Notes: generated by a model not told the origin, from the letters alone. DNA of 64,000 nucleotides from Candidatus Woesearchaeota archaeon (GCA_018302815.1 JAGVZE010000010.1:3523-67522); one strand, 5' to 3'. Counted from the first letter of the stretch, positions 1-8,835 are shown. Translations and numbers: made by a program.

Positions 1-5
1 TAGTA

Positions 6-302
6 TTATAGCGGAACGACACGATAAGATATTCCATCTTTTGAACCAAAAAACAAATCACACTCGTAGCAAATCATCAATACATTCTCACTCAGATTCT
101 TTGGCTCGGCAGATACTTTATGATATCCCTGGTTGGCGCACTTTCGTCTCTCTTCTAATATTGCATCAGCCATCGCCCGAACAGGGCTACCTTTCTGTGG
201 AACTTCATCCAACTCCCGTTCTAAATCTCCATGAAACAGAGAAAAAAAGGCGTCGTTTTTAAGTTTATCTTTATCTGCAAGCGCCCGCGCTCTCAGACAC
301 AA
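6..302 (-). CDS. hypothetical protein (98 aa); overlaps next ORF by 32 nt
   Basis: Complete ORF with no recognisable motifs; 32-nt overlap with the 271..648 ORF suggests one of the two may be spurious or frameshifted. Confidence 0.2.
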   Translation of the reverse strand: MCLRARALADKDKLKNDAFFSLFHGDLERELDEVPQKGSPVRAMADAILEERRKCANQGYHKVSAEPKNLSENVLMICYECDLFFGSKDGISYRVVPL

Positions 303-648
303 TCGTTCCGCCGCAGTTGTCGGTGCAAACTTTTTGAGCTGTCGGCTTGTCGTTTGCTGTCAAACCTTCATCAATACAGCTGCAAGTATAGCAGAATTGT
401 ATTTCGGTCTCAAGAGCTCTTCCTGCAGGGAAAGCTCTTGTTCCTGTGACTGCGATGCCCCGTACAGCTCCGCCGTATTCTTTTGCGGCAGGAAGCGCGA
501 AATTTCCAGTAGGACCAGGAACTGCGACAACCTCAACTTCGCCCTGCTTCTTCTCTGAAACAGGCTTTAATGCTAGAAACAATCCGATAAGCGCGACGAT
601 TACTACAGCAAGCAATACTGATGATTCCACTGAGCCTCTTTTTGACAT
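271..648 (-). CDS. hypothetical membrane-anchored/secreted protein
   Basis: N-terminal hydrophobic segment LLAVVIVALIGLFLAL followed by a Gly/Ala-rich, Cys-containing tail; no family recognised. Confidence 0.3.
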   Translation of the reverse strand: MSKRGSVESSVLLAVVIVALIGLFLALKPVSEKKQGEVEVVAVPGPTGNFALPAAKEYGGAVRGIAVTGTRAFPAGRALETEIQFCYTCSCIDEGLTANDKPTAQKVCTDNCGGTIVSESAGACR

Positions 649-680
649 AATTTCACTTATGGCAGGTTTCTTTAAAAAGG

Positions 681-2075
681 TTACGCTGCTTTCTTGACTC
701 TCGCAGATTGGCTTTTCTTATCGCTGTTCGGCGCCTTGTACTCGCCCTCAATGAAGTTTATCAGCTGAGGTTTGCCGTTAGGGTTCAATAAAGCGTGTGC
801 CTGAAGCCAATTGCTCGGACTTCCACGATTATACTCCAAATCAAGATAAGTGCTAGTTCCTACAACCCAAAGGTCACGGAAAATCTCAGGACTGTGGAAG
901 TGGCCCACTATGCCGCGCCCAATCGCAGACTCCAATCCCCTTGAAGATGCTTTTGAACCATTTGGCCCTTTATGGCCGTGGCACGCGAGTTGCCAGCCAG
1001 CAACCTTGTAATCCTTGTGGATAGGCAAGAATTTCACCTGTGAAGGAAGCTCTCCGAAAGCTTTTCTGACGCCGACCTCCAATGGATCGTGCTTGTCATC
1101 AATTGCGGCTCTTACAAGCTCACAAGCAAGATAGAGATTGCGAGGATCATCACCAAACCTGCGCTCCTGCAGATAACGCAGAACCGCTTCGTCATGATTT
1201 GATTTGACCACTATATGCTTTGCCTCAGGGGCCCTTGCGACCTGATCGGCAATGAAGTTTCCAACTCCGTGCAATTCGGCTTCCAATGAATCTTTGCCGT
1301 CCCTTGCCTTTCGCGCCTGAAGAAGAACATCCTTTAGATGATGATGGTTGATACTGTACGCGTCACATATGTCGTGGTAAAATATGTGCCTAGGATTGAC
1401 CTCATCCATCAATCGATGAGTCGCCTCAAGAACGCCAGGGTCTGTGAAGCCTACATGCACATCACCCATAACTAGCGCGAGCACCTGCTCTTTCACCGGC
1501 TCGTTTTCGCCATCATATTTCACGCCAAGATCATAAAAAACGCCATTGGTTCCTGCATACAGCTGGCGGTAGTGGAACTTCACATCAGACTGCACATTGA
1601 CCACAATAGCAGCATACCGATGGTCGAGCCTAGCTTTCATACCCCAACTGTTGTCCTTATAATTCGGCTCAGTCACGGCGCCTGTGCTCATAAGAATCTT
1701 CGGCAAGTCTTGATTGCTATTCGCATAGCACTTAAGCATCAACTTAGGGCTCGCCATTATTGCTGACTTGTCATACTGAACGAAGCGCCCCCAGCTAGTA
1801 ATTGGAATCATCTGCTGGGCTTTAACAGGGAAATCACGAATGTACAACTTATTGTTTATCTTGTAATCGCCAAGCACGATGTTACAGTCTTTCTCGAACG
1901 CAGGGTCAAGCTCTTCCTTGTCCTTTTCGCGAGTGGATGTCGGATTCGCGCCGTTCGTTGGAAGGATGAGTAATTCAGCGTTGTTGTGCGCACAGTACGT
2001 CTGCAAAGAACGCAGAAACGCGGCGTTCGGCTTTGCCCCTCGCTGGGCAGTCGTTATAACATATGTTTTTGTCAT
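681..2075 (-). CDS. calcineurin-like metallophosphoesterase with ~190-aa N-terminal domain of unknown function
   Basis: C-terminal half carries metallophosphatase motifs in order: GDVHVG, HDICDAY, SNHDEA, GHKG, GHFH. N-terminal half has no recognised similarity. Confidence 0.6.
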   Translation of the reverse strand: MTKTYVITTAQRGAKPNAAFLRSLQTYCAHNNAELLILPTNGANPTSTREKDKEELDPAFEKDCNIVLGDYKINNKLYIRDFPVKAQQMIPITSWGRFVQYDKSAIMASPKLMLKCYANSNQDLPKILMSTGAVTEPNYKDNSWGMKARLDHRYAAIVVNVQSDVKFHYRQLYAGTNGVFYDLGVKYDGENEPVKEQVLALVMGDVHVGFTDPGVLEATHRLMDEVNPRHIFYHDICDAYSINHHHLKDVLLQARKARDGKDSLEAELHGVGNFIADQVARAPEAKHIVVKSNHDEAVLRYLQERRFGDDPRNLYLACELVRAAIDDKHDPLEVGVRKAFGELPSQVKFLPIHKDYKVAGWQLACHGHKGPNGSKASSRGLESAIGRGIVGHFHSPEIFRDLWVVGTSTYLDLEYNRGSPSNWLQAHALLNPNGKPQLINFIEGEYKAPNSDKKSQSARVKKAA

Positions 2076-2364
2076 GGCACCTCGTATTTGGCTTTTGTGT
2101 TGTGGTCAGCAAGAAATGAGGCAAGGATGAATTTTGTGCACAGAGCACAATGTCTTCGAAGAGCGCCCTGTGGCGCGTGCACGTTCCGATTAAATAATGA
2201 AGATGCTATGGTAGAAAGATTTAGGTAACAACCCATCATGAATTGTGTTTTGTTCCCAGCTTATCACTGAAAATAATCAAGCGAGTCAACCTCTTAAACT
2301 TTTGTGTTCACTGCTCAGTGTTTTTTACGCAATTAATTTAAAGAGCCTCATAGAAATAAAGAGC

Positions 2365-3042
2365 ATGAGACTTGGCGTGTTATATTCCGGAGGAAAAGAC
2401 TCGACGCTCGCGTTGATGAAAGCAAAAGAGCACCACGACGTCGTATGTCTAATAAGCATAATTTCTGAAAATAAAGAGAGCTACATGTTCCACACGCCAA
2501 ATATCGACGTGACAGAGCTGCAGGCGCAGGCTATGGGGCTTGCGCTTGTGCGCGTTACGACAAAAGGAGAGAAAGAAGCAGAACTCAAAGATTTGAAAAA
2601 AGCAATAAAAGACGCCATTAAACGGCATAAAATTGAGGGAATAGTCACAGGCGCTGTGCGTTCCACATACCAAGCGAGCAGAATACAAAAAATATGCCAA
2701 GAGCTCAAGCTCTGGGTCTTCAACCCGCTCTGGCTTAAAGACCAAGTCGAGCTGTTAACCGAAATTAGAGCATCCGGAATCAAAGCGATAATAGGCGGCG
2801 TATTCGCAGAAGCGCTGGACGAAAGCTTCCTTGGAAAAGACATAAGCACAGTCATACCGCAACTGGTTAAAATCGCAGGCGAACATCACATCAACCCAGC
2901 AGGAGAAGGCGGAGAAATAGAGACAACAACACTTGACGCTCCAGTTTTCAAGAAAAAAATAGTCATCGAGGAGTTTGAGAAGCGCTTCGAGAAAAATAGC
3001 GGCACGTTCATCATCAAAAAAGCGAGGCTTGCCGAGAAATGA
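2365..3042 (+). CDS. PP-loop ATP pyrophosphatase of the MJ0570/Dph6 (diphthine-ammonia ligase) family
   Basis: Starts MRLGVLYSGGKDSTLAL (SGGKDS PP-loop); ~225 aa typical of the archaeal MJ0570/Dph6 family. The upstream in-frame extension from 2245 was rejected as the N-terminus. Confidence 0.6.
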   Translation: MRLGVLYSGGKDSTLALMKAKEHHDVVCLISIISENKESYMFHTPNIDVTELQAQAMGLALVRVTTKGEKEAELKDLKKAIKDAIKRHKIEGIVTGAVRSTYQASRIQKICQELKLWVFNPLWLKDQVELLTEIRASGIKAIIGGVFAEALDESFLGKDISTVIPQLVKIAGEHHINPAGEGGEIETTTLDAPVFKKKIVIEEFEKRFEKNSGTFIIKKARLAEK

Positions 3043-3554
3043 TACTCGTAATCAGCACTTGCAAAGACGATCTGAGCATATTCGAATTCGTTGGGCCACT
3101 TCAAAAGCTTGCGAATGGCTGTTCATTCAAACACTATAATGAGTTAACCTCAAGAGACCTGAACTCTGCAGACAAAATAATCATCAGCGGAACCGCGCTC
3201 GCAGATTTCGACTATCTTGAAGGCGATTGGGAATGGCTCAAAACATTCGACAAGCCAGTTCTTGGCATATGCGCAGGAATGCAAGTAATCGCAAAAACAT
3301 TCGGATTGAAGCTCGCCAAGAACGTGATAATCGGACCGCAGCCTGTTGAAACAGTAAAGGACAACCCGCTTTGCGAGGGAATGTTCAATGCATATTTCCT
3401 TCACACATACACTGCAGGAAAGCCATTTGAAATTCTGGCAAAAACCAACGGCAAATCGTGCATGATAAAACACCCAGAAAAACAGATTTATGGAGTTAGC
3501 TTCCATCCGGAAGTCATGAATGAGAACATTATCAAAAACTTTGTTAAACTATAG
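3039..3554 (+). CDS. class I glutamine amidotransferase
   Basis: GICAGMQ nucleophile elbow (Cys) and downstream FHPE (His/Glu) typical of GATase-1. Start overlaps the upstream Dph6-like stop by 4 nt (ATGA). Confidence 0.6.
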   Translation: MILVISTCKDDLSIFEFVGPLQKLANGCSFKHYNELTSRDLNSADKIIISGTALADFDYLEGDWEWLKTFDKPVLGICAGMQVIAKTFGLKLAKNVIIGPQPVETVKDNPLCEGMFNAYFLHTYTAGKPFEILAKTNGKSCMIKHPEKQIYGVSFHPEVMNENIIKNFVKL

Positions 3555-3605
3555 CTTAATTAATTTGTCACAACATATTTATTCTTCATACAAATTGATA
3601 AGTAT

Positions 3606-3845
3606 ATGAATGATGATGCGGTGAAGTCGTATTTAATACGATATTCAACTGAGATCTATCCGACAGTCAGCGAAGGATGCGCGCCTTATTCCCTCCTGGA
3701 AATTCTTTCCCAATACGGATTTGAACTCTATGAACACTGCGCCAAATCAAAAATGATCGCAGGAGAATTGCCAACGGTTCATGAAAAAGTTGTAGGAAAG
3801 CTTGCCGGAATTGAATTAGTTGTGCGAAACGGCCCGTCTGAATAA
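3606..3845 (+). CDS. hypothetical small protein (79 aa)
   Basis: ORF in a gap between annotated genes; no motif recognised. Confidence 0.3.
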   Translation: MNDDAVKSYLIRYSTEIYPTVSEGCAPYSLLEILSQYGFELYEHCAKSKMIAGELPTVHEKVVGKLAGIELVVRNGPSE

Positions 3846-3856
3846 ATCTTGAACTA

Positions 3857-4252
3857 TCAGCAGTATTCTTCCTTTCCGGATTTCAATCTCACCCTTGTTT
3901 GTTCAATTGTCAAGATGACAAGACCTGACAAACCCTCAAGCTTTCTTACCGAAAGGCTTGGCGGCTCAAAATAGAAAACTGGAGAACCCTGCACGAGAGA
4001 TTCAAGCGCCTCTTTAGCTATGCCTGCACCGATAGAGCCATCGTCAAACGGCAAAATAACCATCGCCGAAGTTTCTCTTACCATTTTGGCAAAATACGCC
4101 ATTCCTTCTTTTTTGTACGCCGCCTCATGAAGAGGAGCGTTAGGATTCACAATCTCCAGAGAAGGGAAAGTTTTGGCTATCAGCTCAAGAGCTTTAAGCT
4201 CTATCGGCCTATTGTACGTGTTAACAGGATGCGCGAAGTAAATCTTGTCCAT
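3857..4252 (-). CDS. hypothetical protein, possibly nucleoside 2-deoxyribosyltransferase/SLOG-like fold
   Basis: N-terminus MDKIYFAHP resembles the (I/V)YLAGP start of NDT/DNPH1-like Rossmann proteins; weak. Confidence 0.3.
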   Translation of the reverse strand: MDKIYFAHPVNTYNRPIELKALELIAKTFPSLEIVNPNAPLHEAAYKKEGMAYFAKMVRETSAMVILPFDDGSIGAGIAKEALESLVQGSPVFYFEPPSLSVRKLEGLSGLVILTIEQTRVRLKSGKEEYC

Positions 4253-4314
4253 TAAGAATCGACTGACTGGCTAATATATTAAGATTTTGAAGAAACAGAA
4301 TAACATAGAGCCAA

Positions 4315-5286
4315 TCAATACGCAGTCGTGATTGTCAAATGATGCGGTTCTTTAGTTTTCCTTGCCTGCGACCACAATCTGTAATCTATATGCAGCGCGT
4401 TAACGCTTTTTTCACCGCGCAATTCATTCACTTTATCAGTGAGCCTTTTTGCAGAGTGTATAGTTGACGCGCGCAGCTCAAGCTCTTCTTGACTGTCCTT
4501 TGAAATCAGCGTTTGTTCATCCACACGCTTTGCAAGAGAAGCAGAGTAAACTAAAATGCCAAGACTCCTTAGCGCCTTCGGAAGCACATAATCCGCGAAA
4601 ACAGTGAGCTCATCTATGTCCTCAACATCGAATAAGCCAGTCTTGTTTAAGCGCGCATAAAGCTTGGCTGCAGATAACTGCGCCTTTTTATCAAAACGAA
4701 CTAAAGTTCCGTTGTACTGTGCAGAATCTTCATACGCAGGAAATTCCTGCACCAACCTGTCTATCATTCCCTTTCCACCATCAAACAGCCTATTTGGGCA
4801 GCTCTTGATGAAATTGTGGAACCACCCATCATATCGCTCGCACAAAATCGCGCCGACTTCATTAAAAATCCGCACACGCTCGTCAAGAAGCGGAATATTG
4901 CTCTTTGGCGCGAAAAACTTCTGCGCATCATCCCTTGTGAAATTTTTCAGATAATTCCCGTCAAGAATCGGCAGCCCTGCTTCGATCGCCCTTTTCAAGG
5001 AAGCCCACATTCCAAAAGCTCCAACCCACTCTTTTCCTTTGAAATCTGTAGCGTATTTCTCTTTAGTGTAAAAATCAGTATACGCAAAATTTATCGAATT
5101 TCCAAGCAAAAAGAAATCAATTGTCGACTCATCGTTATTTTCAGGAAAAACAGGCGCATCCCAAGACGGAACTTCAAGAACCTCATCGCAGAACATTTTG
5201 GCTGCAGATTTTATTGCATCTTCATCAATTCGCACATACTGCGAATTCTCAATAATGCGAGAAGTCGTGAGCAATACTGGATTCAT
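4315..5286 (-). CDS. DUF2419/Qng1-like queuosine-salvage family protein (tentative)
   Basis: ~320 aa. FFLLGNSINFAYTDF and the C-terminal HHLTITTAY resemble conserved blocks I recall for the DUF2419 (queuosine 5'-phosphate N-glycosylase) family. Assignment is from memory, not a search. Confidence 0.4.
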   Translation of the reverse strand: MNPVLLTTSRIIENSQYVRIDEDAIKSAAKMFCDEVLEVPSWDAPVFPENNDESTIDFFLLGNSINFAYTDFYTKEKYATDFKGKEWVGAFGMWASLKRAIEAGLPILDGNYLKNFTRDDAQKFFAPKSNIPLLDERVRIFNEVGAILCERYDGWFHNFIKSCPNRLFDGGKGMIDRLVQEFPAYEDSAQYNGTLVRFDKKAQLSAAKLYARLNKTGLFDVEDIDELTVFADYVLPKALRSLGILVYSASLAKRVDEQTLISKDSQEELELRASTIHSAKRLTDKVNELRGEKSVNALHIDYRLWSQARKTKEPHHLTITTAY

Positions 5287-5329
5287 TGACAGGGCTAATT
5301 CACCCCAACTATAAAAAGTTTATACTTAT

Positions 5330-5650
5330 TTACCGCATATCACAATCCCTTTCGTAAAATTCTTCAAGCGTCCCGTACTGAGGAACTAGCAGTCTTATCT
5401 TTTGGAATAATACCCCATCAAGAGGCTTGCACACTTTGCACGGGCGATATCCTTGCGACACTGCATCCTCAAGGCAGAGAAAGAAAACCCTGTTCTCTTT
5501 TTTCATCCTAACGCCTGACCTGCAGTCAAGAGTGCCAAAGATTTTGCCTGTTTTCCAGCCGGCATAAAGACCTGGAATATCGCTTTCGACCAGAATTCCT
5601 TGATTTAGCACACGATAGGCACCCATACCAGTCATAAAACAGCAAAGCAT
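5330..5650 (-). CDS. stand-alone Ada-like zinc-binding domain protein
   Basis: GKIFGTLDCRSG ... FFLCLEDAVSQGYRPCKVCKP matches the Ada N-terminal metal-binding domain pattern (TGIFCRPSC ... GFRPCKRCxP). True start is probably an internal Met (MTGMGAYR). Confidence 0.5.
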   Translation of the reverse strand: MLCCFMTGMGAYRVLNQGILVESDIPGLYAGWKTGKIFGTLDCRSGVRMKKENRVFFLCLEDAVSQGYRPCKVCKPLDGVLFQKIRLLVPQYGTLEEFYERDCDMR

Positions 5651-5678
5651 ATAAATGTGTTCTCATCAATCAGTAGTT

Positions 5679-6089
5679 ATGAAATGGATAATCGCACTCC
5701 TAGTACTATTGGTTGCATGTTCAACCGTAGAGCAGACCGTTATGTCAAAACCAGCAGTACAGCCTGAACAGACAATCGTTCAGCAAGCGCCGGCAGAACA
5801 GCAAATTCTTGAAGCAGAAGTAAAAGCGCCTGTTGAGACCGCCCCCGCCCAACTTGAGCCAACAGAACAAGTCCAATTAACTTGCGATGACCTTTGCCAG
5901 CAAGACTGCGAAAGAGACGCGCAAAACGCCTGCAAACAACAAGAACGCTCAGATTGCAAATCTCAGTGCGGAGACATCATAGACCCGTCAGCTTGCAGCC
6001 AAGCCTGCTCGTTCCTACACCAAAGCGCCACCTGCAAAACCCAATTCGAACAATTCTGCAAGGCAAAATGTGTTGAACGGTGCAATTAA
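5679..6089 (+). CDS. secreted cysteine-rich lipoprotein (14 Cys in the last ~70 aa)
   Basis: MKWIIALLVLLVACST is a lipoprotein-type signal. A Gln/Pro/Glu-rich linker is followed by a Cys-dense C-terminal domain (CDDLCQQDCERDAQNACKQ...CVERCN). Confidence 0.5.
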   Translation: MKWIIALLVLLVACSTVEQTVMSKPAVQPEQTIVQQAPAEQQILEAEVKAPVETAPAQLEPTEQVQLTCDDLCQQDCERDAQNACKQQERSDCKSQCGDIIDPSACSQACSFLHQSATCKTQFEQFCKAKCVERCN

Positions 6090-6092
6090 GCA

Positions 6093-6806
6093 ATGGATGT
6101 CGAGCTACGCGATTTAGAGCGTAAAGTCCGCGAAGGAAACACCGACGCACTCGCACCATACGCACAAGCATGCGTTCGAGCGCAAAAGAACATGTACGAG
6201 TTTCTTCCGTTATTTGTTGAGAACAGACGGAATGCCGGCTTAAGGAGAGTGCTTAATGACGCAGGGTTGCTTGGGATGCAGCAGTATGGCGATATGGCTT
6301 TGCTTGAGCTAGATGATCGAGTCACACCCTCTGGAAACGTCATAGCGTTCAATCAGTTGATGAATAACTACCCTGACGCAACTGAGTTTTTTACATCGAG
6401 CGAATCTGTTCGCGTAACGAAAACTCCCAACAATCATCTCAAATATACCTTCATGAAGCCCAACGGTGCTTGCAAACAGGAAATTGATCTGTCGGAAGGC
6501 ACCATACGTGATTCTCCGAATCCGAAGTTAATAGAATTCATCTTCGGCAATCTGACCAACACATATCTCAGCAGAGGACGAATCATCCAAAATCGCAACT
6601 ATCGATTTGTTCCCAACTTCGGAGGATCCGCATTCGAATCGGTTCTTCTTCAGCTTAACTTATCATTCATACTACAATTCAATCCTCCGAATTATACATT
6701 GAATATTACGGCCAGGAACACTCAGAACTCAGCTCCAAGAGTTTCCGGAGTCACCCGCCAAGCCGCAGACCTTTTGAGCCCGCCATCCGAGGCAACAAAT
6801 GGATGA
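6093..6806 (+). CDS. unrecognised-family protein, paralog A (conserved N-domain, variable body, LLSPPS tail)
   Basis: The first ~95 aa are near-identical to the next gene (TDALAPYAQACVRAQ, YEFLPLFVENRRNA). C-terminal tail is VTRQAADLLSPPSEATNG. No signal peptide or TM segment. Confidence 0.55.
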   Translation: MDVELRDLERKVREGNTDALAPYAQACVRAQKNMYEFLPLFVENRRNAGLRRVLNDAGLLGMQQYGDMALLELDDRVTPSGNVIAFNQLMNNYPDATEFFTSSESVRVTKTPNNHLKYTFMKPNGACKQEIDLSEGTIRDSPNPKLIEFIFGNLTNTYLSRGRIIQNRNYRFVPNFGGSAFESVLLQLNLSFILQFNPPNYTLNITARNTQNSAPRVSGVTRQAADLLSPPSEATNG

Positions 6807-7458
6807 CGATATCCGCACATTAGAGCGAAGAGTACGTCAAGGAGAAACTGACGCACTCGCACCATACGCACAAGCATGCGTTCGAGCCCAAAGAAATGTG
6901 TATGAGTTTCTGCCATTGTTTGTAGAAAATAGAAGGAATGCCGAATTGAGAAAAGTGCTCAACGACACAGGATTGCTCAGGATGAGGCACTATGGAAGCT
7001 ACGACTTGCTCCAAGCAGACGATTATGTCCTGCCGACAGGGAATGTGCTTGCGTTCAATGACTTGATGGATGAGACTCCGCGATTCGAGGATGAGTTCAT
7101 TCTTGCAGAACAGAACAACATAACTACCACAATATTGACAATTAAAAAAGGCAACATGCCTCAAGTCAGCATAGATCTAAGTACAAACGGCCGTCGGTTT
7201 CTTCCAGAAGACAAAAACACCGTTTTTTCAGTCCTGTTTGGCAACCTTTCATCAGCATTTACAGAAATGGAGCCAAACAAACCCAGTTATTGGTCCGGTG
7301 ACCAACATATTGTGATAAGGTACCATAATGGAACAATAAGTGAATTACAATCTATTAGTTACCAAGATCTTTCACGAACACACAGCCGCATTCAGCACAG
7401 TTGCATCTGGGGCGTTCCACGTCACGCAGTCAAACTGCTCAGCCCACCATCTCAATGA
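6799..7458 (+). CDS. unrecognised-family protein, paralog B
   Basis: Tandem paralog of 6093..6806, sharing the N-domain and the tail VPRHAVKLLSPPSQ. Start ATGGATGA overlaps the upstream stop by 8 nt. Confidence 0.55.
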   Translation: MDDDIRTLERRVRQGETDALAPYAQACVRAQRNVYEFLPLFVENRRNAELRKVLNDTGLLRMRHYGSYDLLQADDYVLPTGNVLAFNDLMDETPRFEDEFILAEQNNITTTILTIKKGNMPQVSIDLSTNGRRFLPEDKNTVFSVLFGNLSSAFTEMEPNKPSYWSGDQHIVIRYHNGTISELQSISYQDLSRTHSRIQHSCIWGVPRHAVKLLSPPSQ

Positions 7459-7460
7459 AT

Positions 7461-8813
7461 CTAGAACTTCATCTGAGGACCGGCTTTCCTGCCGAGCTTC
7501 TTCATAAGCTTCTCAGGAGATTCGCCCTTTAACATCTTTATCATCTTCTTCGACTGCTTATACTGCTTAATAAGATCGCGAATGTCGCTTGTTGAGACTC
7601 CGGAACCTTTGCTGATACGCTCAATGCGTTGGGCGTCGAGCATCTCAGGGTCCTCTAATTCAGCTTTTGTCATACTGTTCATCGCGTGCTTCCACTTCTT
7701 GAGCTTGCCTTCCTGCACCTGAAGCGCTTCTTTTGGCATCGAAATGTTGCCAAAGCCAGGAATCATTTCCAAAACTTTGCCCAATGGGCCCATCTTCGAC
7801 ATCGCTTCCATCTGACTATAGAGGTCGATTAAATTGAATTCGCCCTTGAGAAGCTTTTTTTCTAGGTCTTTTGCTTCGTCTTCAGTTATGGCCTCTTTTG
7901 CCTTTTCAAGGAGCGCTTCGAGATCGCCCATGCCAAGCAAACGGCCGACAAAACCCTTCGGATTGAACTGCTCGAAATCATCGACACGCTCACCGACACC
8001 AATGAACTTGATAGGAGCTCCAGTCACAGCGCACGCGCTCAAAGCGCCACCGCCCTTCGCAGTACCATCCATCTTTGTGACGATAACGCCAGTGATAGCT
8101 CCTGCAGCGTGGAATGCAGAGGCTTGCTGCTGAGCGGCCTGACCGATATCAGCGGAAATCACAAGCAAAGCCTCATTGACATTCGCAGCCTCGTGAACAT
8201 TCTTGAGCTCTGCTATCAAATCAGCAGAAAGAGCGTCCCTTCCAGCAGTATCGATTATTAACAAGTCAAACTTCTTGAACTCAGGCTCGAAATGCCTGTA
8301 AATCTTGATAGGGTCTTTCTCGTCCTTTAAAATGAAGACTTGCGCATTAATCGCTTTTCCAACTTGCGAGAGTTGGTCCATCGCGGCAGGACGGTGCACG
8401 TCAAGACCTAGCAAAGCAACCTTTTTGCCTCGCTTCATAAAATATTTCGCGAGCTTTGCGGCAGTCGTGGTTTTACCTGAACCGAAAAGACCGATAAGCA
8501 TTATTTTAGAAAGACCTTTCTCTTCGATCTTAAGCTCTGACTTGTCACCGCCCAAAAACTTTGTCAATTCCTCATAAACGATGTTGACCAAATGCTCGCG
8601 CTTTGTAAGCGCGCCAGGAGTTTGCTCCTTTGTAATCCTGTCCTTGATTTTTTGCGTGAGGTCAAAAACAAGCTTCACGTTGACGTCTGATTGAAGAAGA
8701 GCGCGCTGGATGTCTTTTATAAGCTCATTGATGAGTTTTTCATCTACAAAAAGCGACTTCGCAATCTTTTGCAGAGTTCCTTTAAGACCCTCTGAAAGCT
8801 TCTCTAATACCAT
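7461..8813 (-). CDS. srp54: signal recognition particle protein SRP54
   Basis: N domain MVLEKLSEGLKGTLQKI is archaeal-style. G domain has GLFGSGKTTTAAKLAKY, DTAGR and TKMDG. Met-rich M domain at the C-terminus. Confidence 0.95.
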   Translation of the reverse strand: MVLEKLSEGLKGTLQKIAKSLFVDEKLINELIKDIQRALLQSDVNVKLVFDLTQKIKDRITKEQTPGALTKREHLVNIVYEELTKFLGGDKSELKIEEKGLSKIMLIGLFGSGKTTTAAKLAKYFMKRGKKVALLGLDVHRPAAMDQLSQVGKAINAQVFILKDEKDPIKIYRHFEPEFKKFDLLIIDTAGRDALSADLIAELKNVHEAANVNEALLVISADIGQAAQQQASAFHAAGAITGVIVTKMDGTAKGGGALSACAVTGAPIKFIGVGERVDDFEQFNPKGFVGRLLGMGDLEALLEKAKEAITEDEAKDLEKKLLKGEFNLIDLYSQMEAMSKMGPLGKVLEMIPGFGNISMPKEALQVQEGKLKKWKHAMNSMTKAELEDPEMLDAQRIERISKGSGVSTSDIRDLIKQYKQSKKMIKMLKGESPEKLMKKLGRKAGPQMKF

Positions 8814-8835
8814 AGATTAACTCGTATAATGGCGG

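Noticed and set aside
2245-2364. N-terminal 40-aa extension of the Dph6-like gene
   Set aside because: Hydrophobic low-complexity extension. The conserved PP-loop protein starts at the internal Met (MRLGVLYSGGKDS).
5977-6171. Antisense ORFs 5977..6171 and 6722..6916, both starting MLVRMVRVR
   Set aside because: They are the reverse-strand shadow of the duplicated conserved 38-nt core of the tandem paralogs, and they overlap well-supported + strand genes.
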